This document shows positions 36,645-44,161 of a DNA stretch of 45,932 nucleotides, one piece after another. This DNA is from Minisyncoccota bacterium (GTDB lineage: Bacteria > Patescibacteriota > Minisyncoccia > Phycocordibacterales > UBA12088). Every line of letters starts with the position of its first letter. Positions within the stretch are counted from its first letter, which is position 1. Both the position numbers and the translations under genes were made by a program. The notes under the pieces were generated by a model. That model was not told the DNA's origin and did not search any database. It saw nothing but the letters and a program-made list of their open reading frames with translations. Location of the stretch: the NCBI GenBank assembly GCA_041908795.1, contig JAYRER010000023.1:1-45932 (forward strand), written 5' to 3'.

Positions 36645-36845
36645 CTTGAAGTCTTGGAAGTGGTGCCGGAAATCTACTTCCCGGCATCAAAAAGGGTGGC
36701 GGGGTGGGGATTAGGGGGGTTTGGCCCCACCCCGCCGTGATGCGTCAAACTTTCAGCTCACTTTTCAGCCATTTTCAGCCACAGTGGGAAACAGCTGGTG
36801 GCTATTGAGTCAGCCGCCTTGACGCACCACTTCCAAGACTTCAAG
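36645..36845. repeat. 201-bp element with perfect 22-bp terminal inverted repeats in the 23S-5S spacer
   Basis: CTTGAAGTCTTGGAAGTGGTGC (36645-36666) is the exact reverse complement of GCACCACTTCCAAGACTTCAAG (36824-36845). The interior holds a 12-bp GGCGGGGTGGGG/CCCCACCCCGCC hairpin and three tandem TTTCAGC units. Confidence 0.85.
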
Positions 36846-36908
36846 ATTATTTATTTGTGCGGGTGCACAAAGAACAACTCAAAGGATGAGTGTGTTTGTG
36901 TTAGTTAA

Positions 36909-36924
36909 GCATACGCCTGTCCGA
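36909..36924 (-). other. 3' strand of the 23S processing stem (partner 43078-43093)
   Basis: Trailer GCATACGCCTGTCCGA (plus strand) versus leader CCGGACAGGTGTATGC (plus strand). This gives 16 bp with one mismatch and one wobble, bracketing the 23S gene. Confidence 0.5.
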
Positions 36925-37104
36925 TAGCGCTTGCGCGCGCACCAAGCACGTCTGGGTGTACCCAAAACGTCACATTGTCAGATTTCCCAACAGGAAACTC
37001 GACGAATTAGTACACCTCGGCTCAACACATCACTGTGCTTCCACCTGGTGCCTATCAACGTAATAGTCTCTTACGGGTCTCAATTGATGCCTATTCTTGG
37101 AGTT

Positions 37105-37137
<33 letters not shown>

Positions 37138-37216
37138 GTTCCCGACATAGCTACCGAGCAGTGCAGCTGGCGCTACAGCTCGTACACCAGAGGTCAGTTC
37201 ATCCCGGTCCTCTCGT

Positions 37217-37977
37217 CGCATATACGTTCCATTGTTTCCAATGGGGCAGACTATATCTTCACCCAACCGTAGCTGGGTGACGGCATGTTATGGGAACCAT
37301 TGCGATATCCCCATCTTCACTTCAACATGTAGTCGAAGTTTCAGTCGTTACGGGGTCAAATCCAAGCTGTTTCAATAGCCCATCTCGCTTTCTTTTTCGA
37401 TGCGCTGAATAATTTTCATTTTGCACCGACAAAGTCAAATCTACAAGTTTGCGTATTTGCATATCCGATAGCAGTGAATATTTGACTGAAGCCAACATAT
37501 CACACGCCTCGATCATGGCAGCTACTTGCTTGTGTTTGAACCGCACATAGGGCGCAACTGTTTTGAGAATGTCACGTACTCTGGCAAAGCCATTGATACG
37601 CAACTCGGACATGCCATCGTTTCGTCTCGACACATATCCAATTCCCAACACCTCACGCATCCAATAGAGCGGTTGCTCATGGCGGGTGTCTTGATAGAGG
37701 CAAATAGTTGCCATAAAACGAAAGCCACGCGATGTGTCACTTCGTTTTTTGATCTGCAGCATTAAGCTGCCATCACCATCAAGAAAACCTGCCAGATATG
37801 CTATGTCACACTTGGATCGACTTCCCACGGTATTATCATATACCTTGTTCTGGTCCTCAAGCAAGTTGATTCGTACAGGACCGTACACAATTCAACTCTT
37901 AGCCCAGAGGGCACACAGACTTCACCGTTATAAGCCGCGTTGTCATCATGGATTACTCCATGAAGTAGCAATTTCTT
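37217..37977 (-). mobile_element. group I intron inside the sarcin-ricin loop of 23S (CCTTAGT^ACGAGAGGACC), carrying a LAGLIDADG gene
   Basis: Removing 37217-37977 restores TCCTTAGTACGAGAGGACCGGG. There is a U at -1 and the intron ends in G. Core motif GGGTGAAGATATAGTCTGCCCC lies near the 3' end. Confidence 0.8.
37322..37888 (-). CDS. LAGLIDADG homing endonuclease, single-motif (I-CreI-like)
   Basis: 188 aa with one LAGFLDGDGS motif. It lies entirely within the intron on the rRNA strand. The true start may be downstream of 37888. Confidence 0.85.
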   Translation of the reverse strand: MYGPVRINLLEDQNKVYDNTVGSRSKCDIAYLAGFLDGDGSLMLQIKKRSDTSRGFRFMATICLYQDTRHEQPLYWMREVLGIGYVSRRNDGMSELRINGFARVRDILKTVAPYVRFKHKQVAAMIEACDMLASVKYSLLSDMQIRKLVDLTLSVQNENYSAHRKRKRDGLLKQLGFDPVTTETSTTC

Positions 37978-38040
37978 ACTAAGGACAAATCTCCTCAAGA
38001 ATCGACGCCTACAGCAGATAGAGAACCAACCTGTCTCACG

Positions 38041-38439
38041 CATATGTTTCATTCGCACGTGTGCGAACTTCGCTCCCAATTACTTAGGAGTATCGGACTG
38101 TAATTTCTTCTCACTGCACAAGGTGCATTGAGAAGGTCGACGTTCAGTCTCTACGGGCCCCAGCACTTTCTAATAGTTCAAATCATGCGGACAGTACATA
38201 ATCTAAAAATAGATCAGCAAGGTCCATGTGTTTTGCACTTCTAGAAAGTGCTGGGTTCCCTCGGTATTGTCCCTGCGCTCGTTGGTAATTAGTGCATGGA
38301 TTTCACCGATACAAGTCGACGACGCACTTGTATGTCGCCACACAAGGCCGCCGTGTTGTTTCTACTCAATGTCTAAGCAAGGTCTTCCCTTGCCGCCGGG
38401 TTCAAACGGGTTCGGGTCGCAAGTTTTCTTGTAACCCAA
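38041..38439 (-). mobile_element. ORF-less group I-like intron at the L2593 (I-CreI) site of 23S (AACCGT^CGTGAGACAG)
   Basis: Removing 38041-38439 restores GGGTTCAAACCGTCGTGAGACAGG. There is a U at -1 and a terminal G. It has a core-like GAGAAGAAATTACAGTCCGATAC. Confidence 0.7.
38159..38255. repeat. 97-bp hairpin element of the GCACTTTCT family nested in the L2593 intron
   Basis: CCCAGCACTTTCTA (38159-38172) / TAGAAAGTGCTGGG (38242-38255), a perfect 14-bp inverted repeat. Confidence 0.85.
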
Positions 38440-38465
38440 ACGGTTTGAACCCAGCTCACGTACCT

Positions 38466-38499
<34 letters not shown>

Positions 38500-39243
38500 C
38501 ATTGTTTGTTAACCTTGTCTTCCGACAAGGATCAGACTATGCCTTCACCGTATTCACACTGTCACCAATGTGAACCTTAGGTGCGAGCCGTATGATAGAA
38601 TTCATTGTGATAATCCTATCTCACGACAGTACCAAACTACTGTCGATCAGTCGTTACAGGAGGTATATTCTTGGATCATGATCACATAGTTCAAACGACG
38701 GTTTTTGGACCGAAGGTTGAACCGAGACAATGCATCCGCCTTGCGAGCTACTCGCACAAGGTCGCCGCGACTCCTCACGGGAGTTGCGAGTATCGCTCGT
38801 GCAAGCACTACTTGCCTACGCTTCACATGTACAAACGGCTCGATGAGTGCAAGGAGCGTATCAACATGCTGTTGATCGCGCACAATCCACTCATGGGTCG
38901 TGCGATTTTTTCGCACATACCCTATACCGTACGTATCTGTGAGCCATGAAACCGGTTTTTTATCACGTTGTGTGATTTTTACAGTTACACGGACACGGAA
39001 GCCGTATTTTTTCTCTTTATGACGTTCAATGGTTGCCATAATGGCACCATCACCATCAATAAATCCGGCAAGATAGGCTCTTTGGGCTTCAGAAAATACC
39101 TTTCCCACGACGTTAGCTGGCATACACGCAGTGTACCTGGGACCTCATTGGTACCCAAGCGTACTATTGTGTATACGTAAGCCTTCGACGTTTTGGACTC
39201 GTATCTTACCCGTACGTTTCCATACGGGAGAGAAGGTAAGTTT
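38500..39243 (-). mobile_element. group I-like intron in 23S domain V (GGGGCTGGAGA^AGGTCCCAAGGG, ~E. coli 2533), carrying a LAGLIDADG gene
   Basis: The flanks align to GGGGCUGAAGUAGGUCCCAAGGG. The core motif GGTGAAGGCATAGTCTGATCC is present and the intron ends in G. The -1 exon base is A, not U, so the boundaries are +/-2 nt. Confidence 0.65.
38647..39123 (-). CDS. LAGLIDADG homing endonuclease, single-motif (I-CreI-like)
   Basis: 158 aa with one [10 protein letters not shown] motif, inside the intron on the rRNA strand. Confidence 0.85.
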   Translation of the reverse strand: MPANVVGKVFSEAQRAYLAGFIDGDGAIMATIERHKEKKYGFRVRVTVKITQRDKKPVSWLTDTYGIGYVRKNRTTHEWIVRDQQHVDTLLALIEPFVHVKRRQVVLARAILATPVRSRGDLVRVARKADALSRFNLRSKNRRLNYVIMIQEYTSCND

Positions 39244-39319
39244 TCTCCAGCCCCAGGATGAGGTGAGCCGACATCGAGGTGCCGAACTCCGCCGTCGCTA
39301 TGGACGCTTGGGCGGAACT

Positions 39320-39352
<33 letters not shown>

Positions 39353-39949
39353 AATCTCTGGCCGCGTCTAATGCGTACCATCGGTTCACTAGGTTCTGCT
39401 TTCGCACCTGCTCGACACGTACGTCTTGCAGTCAAGCCAGCTTATGCCCTTACACTATCGGCACGGTTTCCATTCGCGCCTAGCTGACCTTTGAACCCCT
39501 CCGTTACTTTTTAGGAGGGTACCGCCCCAGTAAAACTGCCTGCCACGCACTGTTCCTCACGGGTTTTGCCCGTGCAGGTTAGAATTTGCACACGTACAGA
39601 GTGGTATTTCACTGACGACTCCACAACCCCCAAGAGGGCCGCTTCAAAGTCTCCCACCTATGCTACGCAGTAAGCACGCAAACCCAATACGAAGCTGCAG
39701 TAAAGCTCCACGGGGTCTTTCTGTCTAGCTGCAGGTAACCGGCATCTTCACCGGTATTGCGTTTTCACCGAGCCACTCCCCGAGACAGTTGCCCAATCGT
39801 TACACCATTCGTGCGCGTCGGAACTTACCCGACAAGGAATTGCGCTACCTTAGGACGATTATAGTTATCGCCGACATTGACCAGGGCTTACAGCGCCCAG
39901 CTTAAGCACATTCTATGCACAACAGTATCGCTTACGAACTTTGTTGAGG

Positions 39950-40113
39950 GGCGAAGTTGGTTCGCCCTTTTTATTCTTTCTAAGACCATCGTTCGATGAT
40001 CTCGTGTATCTTTTTTTCCAACCAAGGCCGCATCGCAAACACTCCAACGACAAAGGTTAGGAAAAGCAACGGGTACACATCATTCATCTTTACTTCCCCT
40101 CATACACATAATT
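39950..40113 (-). other. 164-nt insertion closed by a 12-bp stem near the tip of the helix-68-equivalent of 23S
   Basis: ACTTTGTTGAGG (39938-39949) and CCTCAACAAAGT (40114-40125) are exact reverse complements. The flanks align just 5' of the helix-69 sequence (GATAACTATAATCGTCC). Confidence 0.7.
39980..40087 (-). CDS. candidate 35-aa hydrophobic peptide ORF inside the 23S insertion
   Basis: Hand translation gives MNDVYPLLFLTFVVGVFAMRPWLEKKIHEIIERWS*. GAGGGGAAGT lies 4 nt upstream of the ATG and a GGGCGAA/TTCGCCC hairpin follows the stop. It is too short for the supplied ORF track. Confidence 0.35.
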   Translation of the reverse strand: MNDVYPLLFLTFVVGVFAMRPWLEKKIHEIIERWS

Positions 40114-40274
40114 CCTCAACAAAGTCCGCAAGCGGGTATTGCGCACACAATGTGCCTAAACCAGCACTGGTTGACCTTCTGGCATTGGTCAGGTGTCACC
40201 CCCTATACATCCTCTTACGAGTTCGCAGGGAGCTGTGTTTTTGGTAAACAGTCGTCAGGCAAACTTTCGCTGCG

Positions 40275-40437
40275 CCCGGCACATCGCACTACGTGCGATG
40301 TGATATCAAAGTTCAAATATCAAAAGGCAAAAGTACGGTGTCGCTGTCGCGACGACTTTTACATTTTGACCTACAATTTTGATTCTTGCATTTTGATTTT
40401 TGACATCGGCTCATCACATGCAATGTGATGTGCCGGG
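40275..40437. repeat. 163-bp composite hairpin insertion (CCCGGCAC-type closing stem, AT-rich heptad arms) in the helix-63-equivalent of 23S
   Basis: CCCGGCACATC (40275-40285) / GATGTGCCGGG (40427-40437). The interior arms are ATATCAAAGTTCAAATATCAAAAGGCAAAAG ... CTTTTACATTTTGACCTACAATTTTGATTCTTGCATTTTGATTTTTGA, around a GTCGC-tgtc-GCGAC tip. Confidence 0.8.
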
Positions 40438-41010
40438 AGGCCTTATCCCTAAGTTACGGCCGCTTTTTTGCCGAGTTCCTTGGGGAGCTATCACTCGTTC
40501 GTCTTGGTCTTCTCGACCTTCCCACCTGTGTCGGTTTGCGGTACGGACTCTCTATAGCTAGAGCTTAGAAGATTTTCTTGGAAGCGCGCTCCTTCAAATT
40601 GTCGTTGGGCGAACCCGCCAACTTTCCGCTCCGCTTGGAATCAGCATTAAAGCAAGGTGCCCGGATTTACCTAAGCACCGTCCTCACGGCACGGACGACA
40701 AGCCAATAAGTCGCTTGAAGTACAGCCCTCCGTCCCTCCATCGCACTATAAAGAGGTGATGGAATATTAACCATCTGTCCATCGCCTCCCCCTTTCGGGA
40801 TCGGCTTAGGCCCGACTAACCCTTGGCTGATCATCATGGCCAAGGAAACCTTGGGATTTCGACGTGCGGGGATTTCACCCGCATTGCGGTTACTCGCTCC
40901 GGCATTCTCACTTCCGTACGCTCCACCATGGGTTTCCCTTTTGGCTTCACAGCAGAACGGAACGCTCTCCTACCACGCCGCTCGCATCTCGCTGCGCTCA
41001 AAGCTTCACG

Positions 41011-41299
41011 TAAATTCAAAACTCAAAATGCAAAGGTCAAAATGACAATGCAAAAAATCAAAGGTCTTTTGCTAATGAACTCTAATGGTCGGCCAAGTCA
41101 CGAGAATTGGCCAAAGTATTGGTGGATCCGACAGGATTGCGTACCTGTGACCTCTTGGATACCATCCAAGCGCTCTAATGAATGCACGTGTGCACCACCC
41201 GCATTCACCTACTGAGCTACGGACCCTTAGAATTCAAGAGCGGGAATTTTAATTTTTTAAGTTGCACTTTTGATTTTTGCGATTTGATTTTTGAATTTG
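41011..41299. other. 289-bp insertion in the 23S helix-45 hairpin (~E. coli 1170), AT-rich arms flanking a tRNA-like core
   Basis: AAATTCAAAA (41012-41021) pairs with TTTTGAATTT (41289-41298). The flanks (TCGTTCGCATCTC / GAGATGCGAGCGG) extend the native hairpin that follows GCTAAGCATGGTACCGAAACTGCGG. Confidence 0.75.
41120..41226 (-). ncRNA. tRNA-like element (degenerate tRNA-Thr GGU-like) embedded in the 23S gene
   Basis: Reverse complement reads GGGTCCG-TA-GCTC-AGTAGGT[30-nt hairpin GAATGC..GCATTC]ATTA-GAGC-G-CTTGG-ATGGTAT-CCAAG-AGGTC-ACAGG-TACGCAAT-CCTGT-CGGATCC-A-CCA. It is a full cloverleaf with a D-loop insertion, an aberrant 8-nt T-loop and an encoded CCA. Confidence 0.6.
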
Positions 41300-41949
41300 T
41301 GTTGCTTCGAATACAATGAGATGCGAACGACATCCGCAGTTTCGGTACCATGCTTAGCCCCGATCATCTTCGGCGCAGAGTCTCTAGATCAGTGAGCTGT
41401 TACGCTTTCTTTGAATGGTGGCTGCTTCTAAGCCAACATCCTGATTGTCACAGAAACTCCACCTCCTTAGTTTGCTACTTAGCATGGATTTAGGGACCTT
41501 AACTGGCGGTCTGGGCTGTTTCCCTTTTGACCAATGGAGCTTAGCCCCCACAGTCTGACTGCCATACTTTTGACCTCTGGTATTCGGAGTTTGATAGGTC
41601 TGACGAGATTGCTCCCTATTCAGACCTTCCAGTGCTCTACCCCCAAAGGGAACATATGACGCTAGCCCTAAAGCTATTTCGGAGAGAACCAGCTATTACG
41701 AGGTTCGATTAGCTTTTCACTCCTTACCACAAGTCATCCGATCGTGTCGCACTGCGAACCGGTTCGGGCCTCCACGGCCTGTTACAGCCGCTTCACCCTG
41801 CTCATGGTAAGCTCACCTCGATTCGGGTCTTACGCGCGCGACTGAATCGCCCTATTCAGACTCGCTTTCGCTGCGGCTCCGGGGGTCGCCCCTTAGCCAT
41901 AGCCACGTGCGTAAACTCGCCGGATCATTCTTCAATAGGCACGCCGTCA

Positions 41950-42044
41950 CCCGTCACTTTCTAAGACTCCAATATTCGCAAACTTTCGAGACATCTCGTG
42001 CACTCAAACATTTGCAATACGTTCGAGTTCTAGAAAGTGACGGG
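41950..42044. repeat. 95-bp hairpin element of the GCACTTTCT family in the 23S helix-25 position (~E. coli 545)
   Basis: CCCGTCACTTTCTA (41950-41963) / TAGAAAGTGACGGG (42031-42044), a perfect 14-bp inverted repeat. The flanks align to CAAGCAGTGGGAGC...TGACTGCGTACC of E. coli. Confidence 0.85.
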
Positions 42045-42094
42045 CTCCGACTCCTTGTAAGCATACGGTTTCAGTTCTATTTCACTCCCCTCCC

Positions 42095-42140
<46 letters not shown>

Positions 42141-42380
42141 TTGAAGAGTATTTAGCCTTGGGTGTTAGTCCACCCGGATTCACGCAGGCTATTCATGTCC
42201 CGCGCTACTCAGGAACGGTAGCAAGAGAGACGTGTTTGTTTTCGCGTACGGGGCTGTTACCCGCTGGGGCCGCCCTTTCCAGAGCGTTCCGCTAACAAAC
42301 ACATTTTATGACTCTCCTCGTTGCCGACACTACCGCCCTACAACCCCCATGCGCTCCGCTCGCACCACGCGCTCGCTCGC

Positions 42381-42507
42381 TAAACTCAAAAGTTAAAAGG
42401 GGAAATTCAAAAGTATGGCGTCGCTTTCGCAATCAAAATTATTGCAAATTCCGCAACGCGGAATTTGACCGCACTTTTGCATTTTTATTTTTCACTTTTG
42501 ATATTTG
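42381..42507. repeat. AT-rich heptad-arm hairpin insertion in 23S domain I
   Basis: The left arm (ctcaaaagt, ttcaaaagt, atcaaaatt) opposes the right arm (acttttgca, cacttttgat). It is flanked by the GC-rich stems GCGCTCGCTCGC / GCGAGTGTGCGC. Confidence 0.7.
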
Positions 42508-42583
42508 CGAGTGTGCGCAGCGTAAGCGGAGCACACGAGTTTGGGCTTCTTCCGTTTCGCTCGCCGCTACTAAGGAAATACCG

Positions 42584-42631
42584 GGATTTTTTACCGTACC
42601 GGCAAAAAAATGCCGTCACGGCAAAAAATCC
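42584..42631. repeat. 48-nt A/U-tract three-way insertion in 23S domain I
   Basis: GGATTTTTT-ACCGTACCGGC-AAAAAAA-TGCCGTCACGGC-AAAAAATCC. It is absent from the corresponding E. coli segment (CAACCGAGATTCCCCCAGTAGCGG). Confidence 0.55.
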
Positions 42632-42686
42632 GTTATTGGTTTCTTTTCCACCAGGTACTAAGATGTTTCAATTCCCTGGGTTTGCT

Positions 42687-42785
42687 CCCGGCACTTTCTA
42701 AAAATCTGACGTTCCCAGACACACACAAGGCACCACAGCCATCATGTTTTGTCTGCAAAAATACCGATTCTTAGAAAGTGCCGGG
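42687..42785. repeat. 99-bp hairpin element of the GCACTTTCT family near the 23S 5' end
   Basis: CCCGGCACTTTCTAA (42687-42701) / TTAGAAAGTGCCGGG (42771-42785), a perfect 15-bp inverted repeat. Confidence 0.9.
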
Positions 42786-43374
42786 TCCTTGAGGTTTGCT
42801 CAAGGGGGTTTCCCCATTCGGAGATCTCCGGATCAAAGGTTGCTAGACACCTCCCCGAAGCTTATCGCAGTCGTACCACGTCCTTCATCGCCTCTTCAAG
42901 CCAAGGCATCCACCGTATGCCCTTAGATTTCCTGTCGGGAAATCTAACAATTGTCGAATCCACGATACCGCCTCAATACCCGCAAAGGTATCGCATTGGA
43001 CGCACGACCACCACCGCATTGGGGTCTTTACTTCAGTGGAATTCAACTTGTATCCGGTGCGCTAAACGCTAACGCTACCGGACAGGTGTATGCTTTTTGC
43101 CCAGGAGCACCCCTGCTCCCGGGACTTACCCGCGTCCCGCACTAGGCACTTTCGCACCTACCGGGACCTATGTGATTGTCAACGTTCCGCCCTCCAGCCG
43201 CTTAAGTCATTCCGTCTCCGTTTCAACCCACATCATTGCCTGTGGAGTGTACCGAGAAAGAATGTTGATTGGTAAAGAAAAAACCGCTTGCGCGGTCTGC
43301 GTAGCCCCACACGTACAACGGCTAGCCGACCCGCGTTTGCTGTGAGCTGATAACACCCTTCATAAGGTAGAGAC

Positions 43375-43402
43375 AGTATACGCACCGAAATCTCCTTGTC
43401 AA
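43375..43402 (-). promoter_or_regulatory. candidate promoter of the 23S-5S operon
   Basis: On the minus strand, TTGACA-N16-TATACT, about 435 nt upstream of the 23S 5' end. Confidence 0.6.
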
Positions 43403-43507
43403 ATGTGGCTTTGTTGAAACAAAAAATGGAGAGGACGCGACGTTTCCTGCCCAAAATGTCCCGTGGTGTACCGAAAACAATCCTATACTGTGGAAAAGCT
43501 GTGGAGA

Positions 43508-44161
43508 CTACGAGGTGTGGAGCCGGTCGAGAATAAGCTCATGCGGAAAATCGAGCACCTCGCGCACCAATCTGTCCTGCACACGACGTCGAAACACAAA
43601 ATCCTCCGACGTGAGTGTAGCATAGCGCAGCTCTTTTCCAAGCTCCGCTTCGAACTGACGCATTGATGTCGCGAGGGCGAGCGAGTCAATTTTTTCTCCG
43701 ACAATAAGGAGATCGAGACTGCTCTCACTACTCTGCGCAAAGAGACCGCTCGTCACAACAAGGCGCAACTGCCCCACGCCCTTGAGGCGCTTGAGTATTT
43801 CATCATTTGTAGGCAGGAGTGTGTCCGTAAGAAACGAGCGAAGCGGGGTGACGTATGGATACCGCATTTCTAGCATCCATCCTGCCGCTCGCCGCCTCTT
43901 TGGGATCCCCTTGCTGTCCACTCCCACCTCTTTGAAAAACTCGCGTTTGCGCAACACCCCCGCCCTACCGAGCGCAGCAAGCTCTCTTGTGGCGCTCTCG
44001 GGTGAAATACGAAGTCGCTTTACCACGTCATCTCTGTCTGTCACAAGTTCAGGGTTAAAACAAAAAAGGCGAAGGATCTTCACTCTAGCAGGGGAGCCAA
44101 ATAGCTTTGCAAGCTCTCGCATGTGCGAGACAGTATACGGCCTCACCAGAGCCCGCACCAC
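43508..44161 (-). CDS. winged-helix (ArsR-like) DNA-binding protein with C-terminal nucleotidyltransferase-like domain
   Basis: 217 aa. The N-terminus LFGSPARVKILRLF...VVKRLRISPESATRELAALGRAGVL is typical of an ArsR/wHTH domain. Confidence 0.6.
   Translation of the reverse strand: MVRALVRPYTVSHMRELAKLFGSPARVKILRLFCFNPELVTDRDDVVKRLRISPESATRELAALGRAGVLRKREFFKEVGVDSKGIPKRRRAAGWMLEMRYPYVTPLRSFLTDTLLPTNDEILKRLKGVGQLRLVVTSGLFAQSSESSLDLLIVGEKIDSLALATSMRQFEAELGKELRYATLTSEDFVFRRRVQDRLVREVLDFPHELILDRLHTS

Noticed and set aside
36697-36745. G-runs (GGGTGGCGGGGTGGGGATTAGGGGGG) as a G-quadruplex motif
   Set aside because: The runs are fully complementary to the adjacent CCCCACCCCGCC and form a 12-bp hairpin. 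On the transcribed rRNA strand the sequence is C-rich.
39949-39972. Plus-strand stem (GGGCGAA/TTCGCCC) followed by TTTTT, read as a terminator for an antisense transcript
   Set aside because: No plus-strand gene or promoter precedes it, and it lies inside the 23S gene. It is interpreted as the 3' hairpin of the insertion on the rRNA strand.
43277-43296. ACCGC-GCAA-GCGGT hairpin plus U6 in the 23S leader, read as a terminator
   Set aside because: A 5-bp stem located downstream of the rRNA promoter would abort rRNA synthesis. It is more likely part of the leader structure or antitermination context.
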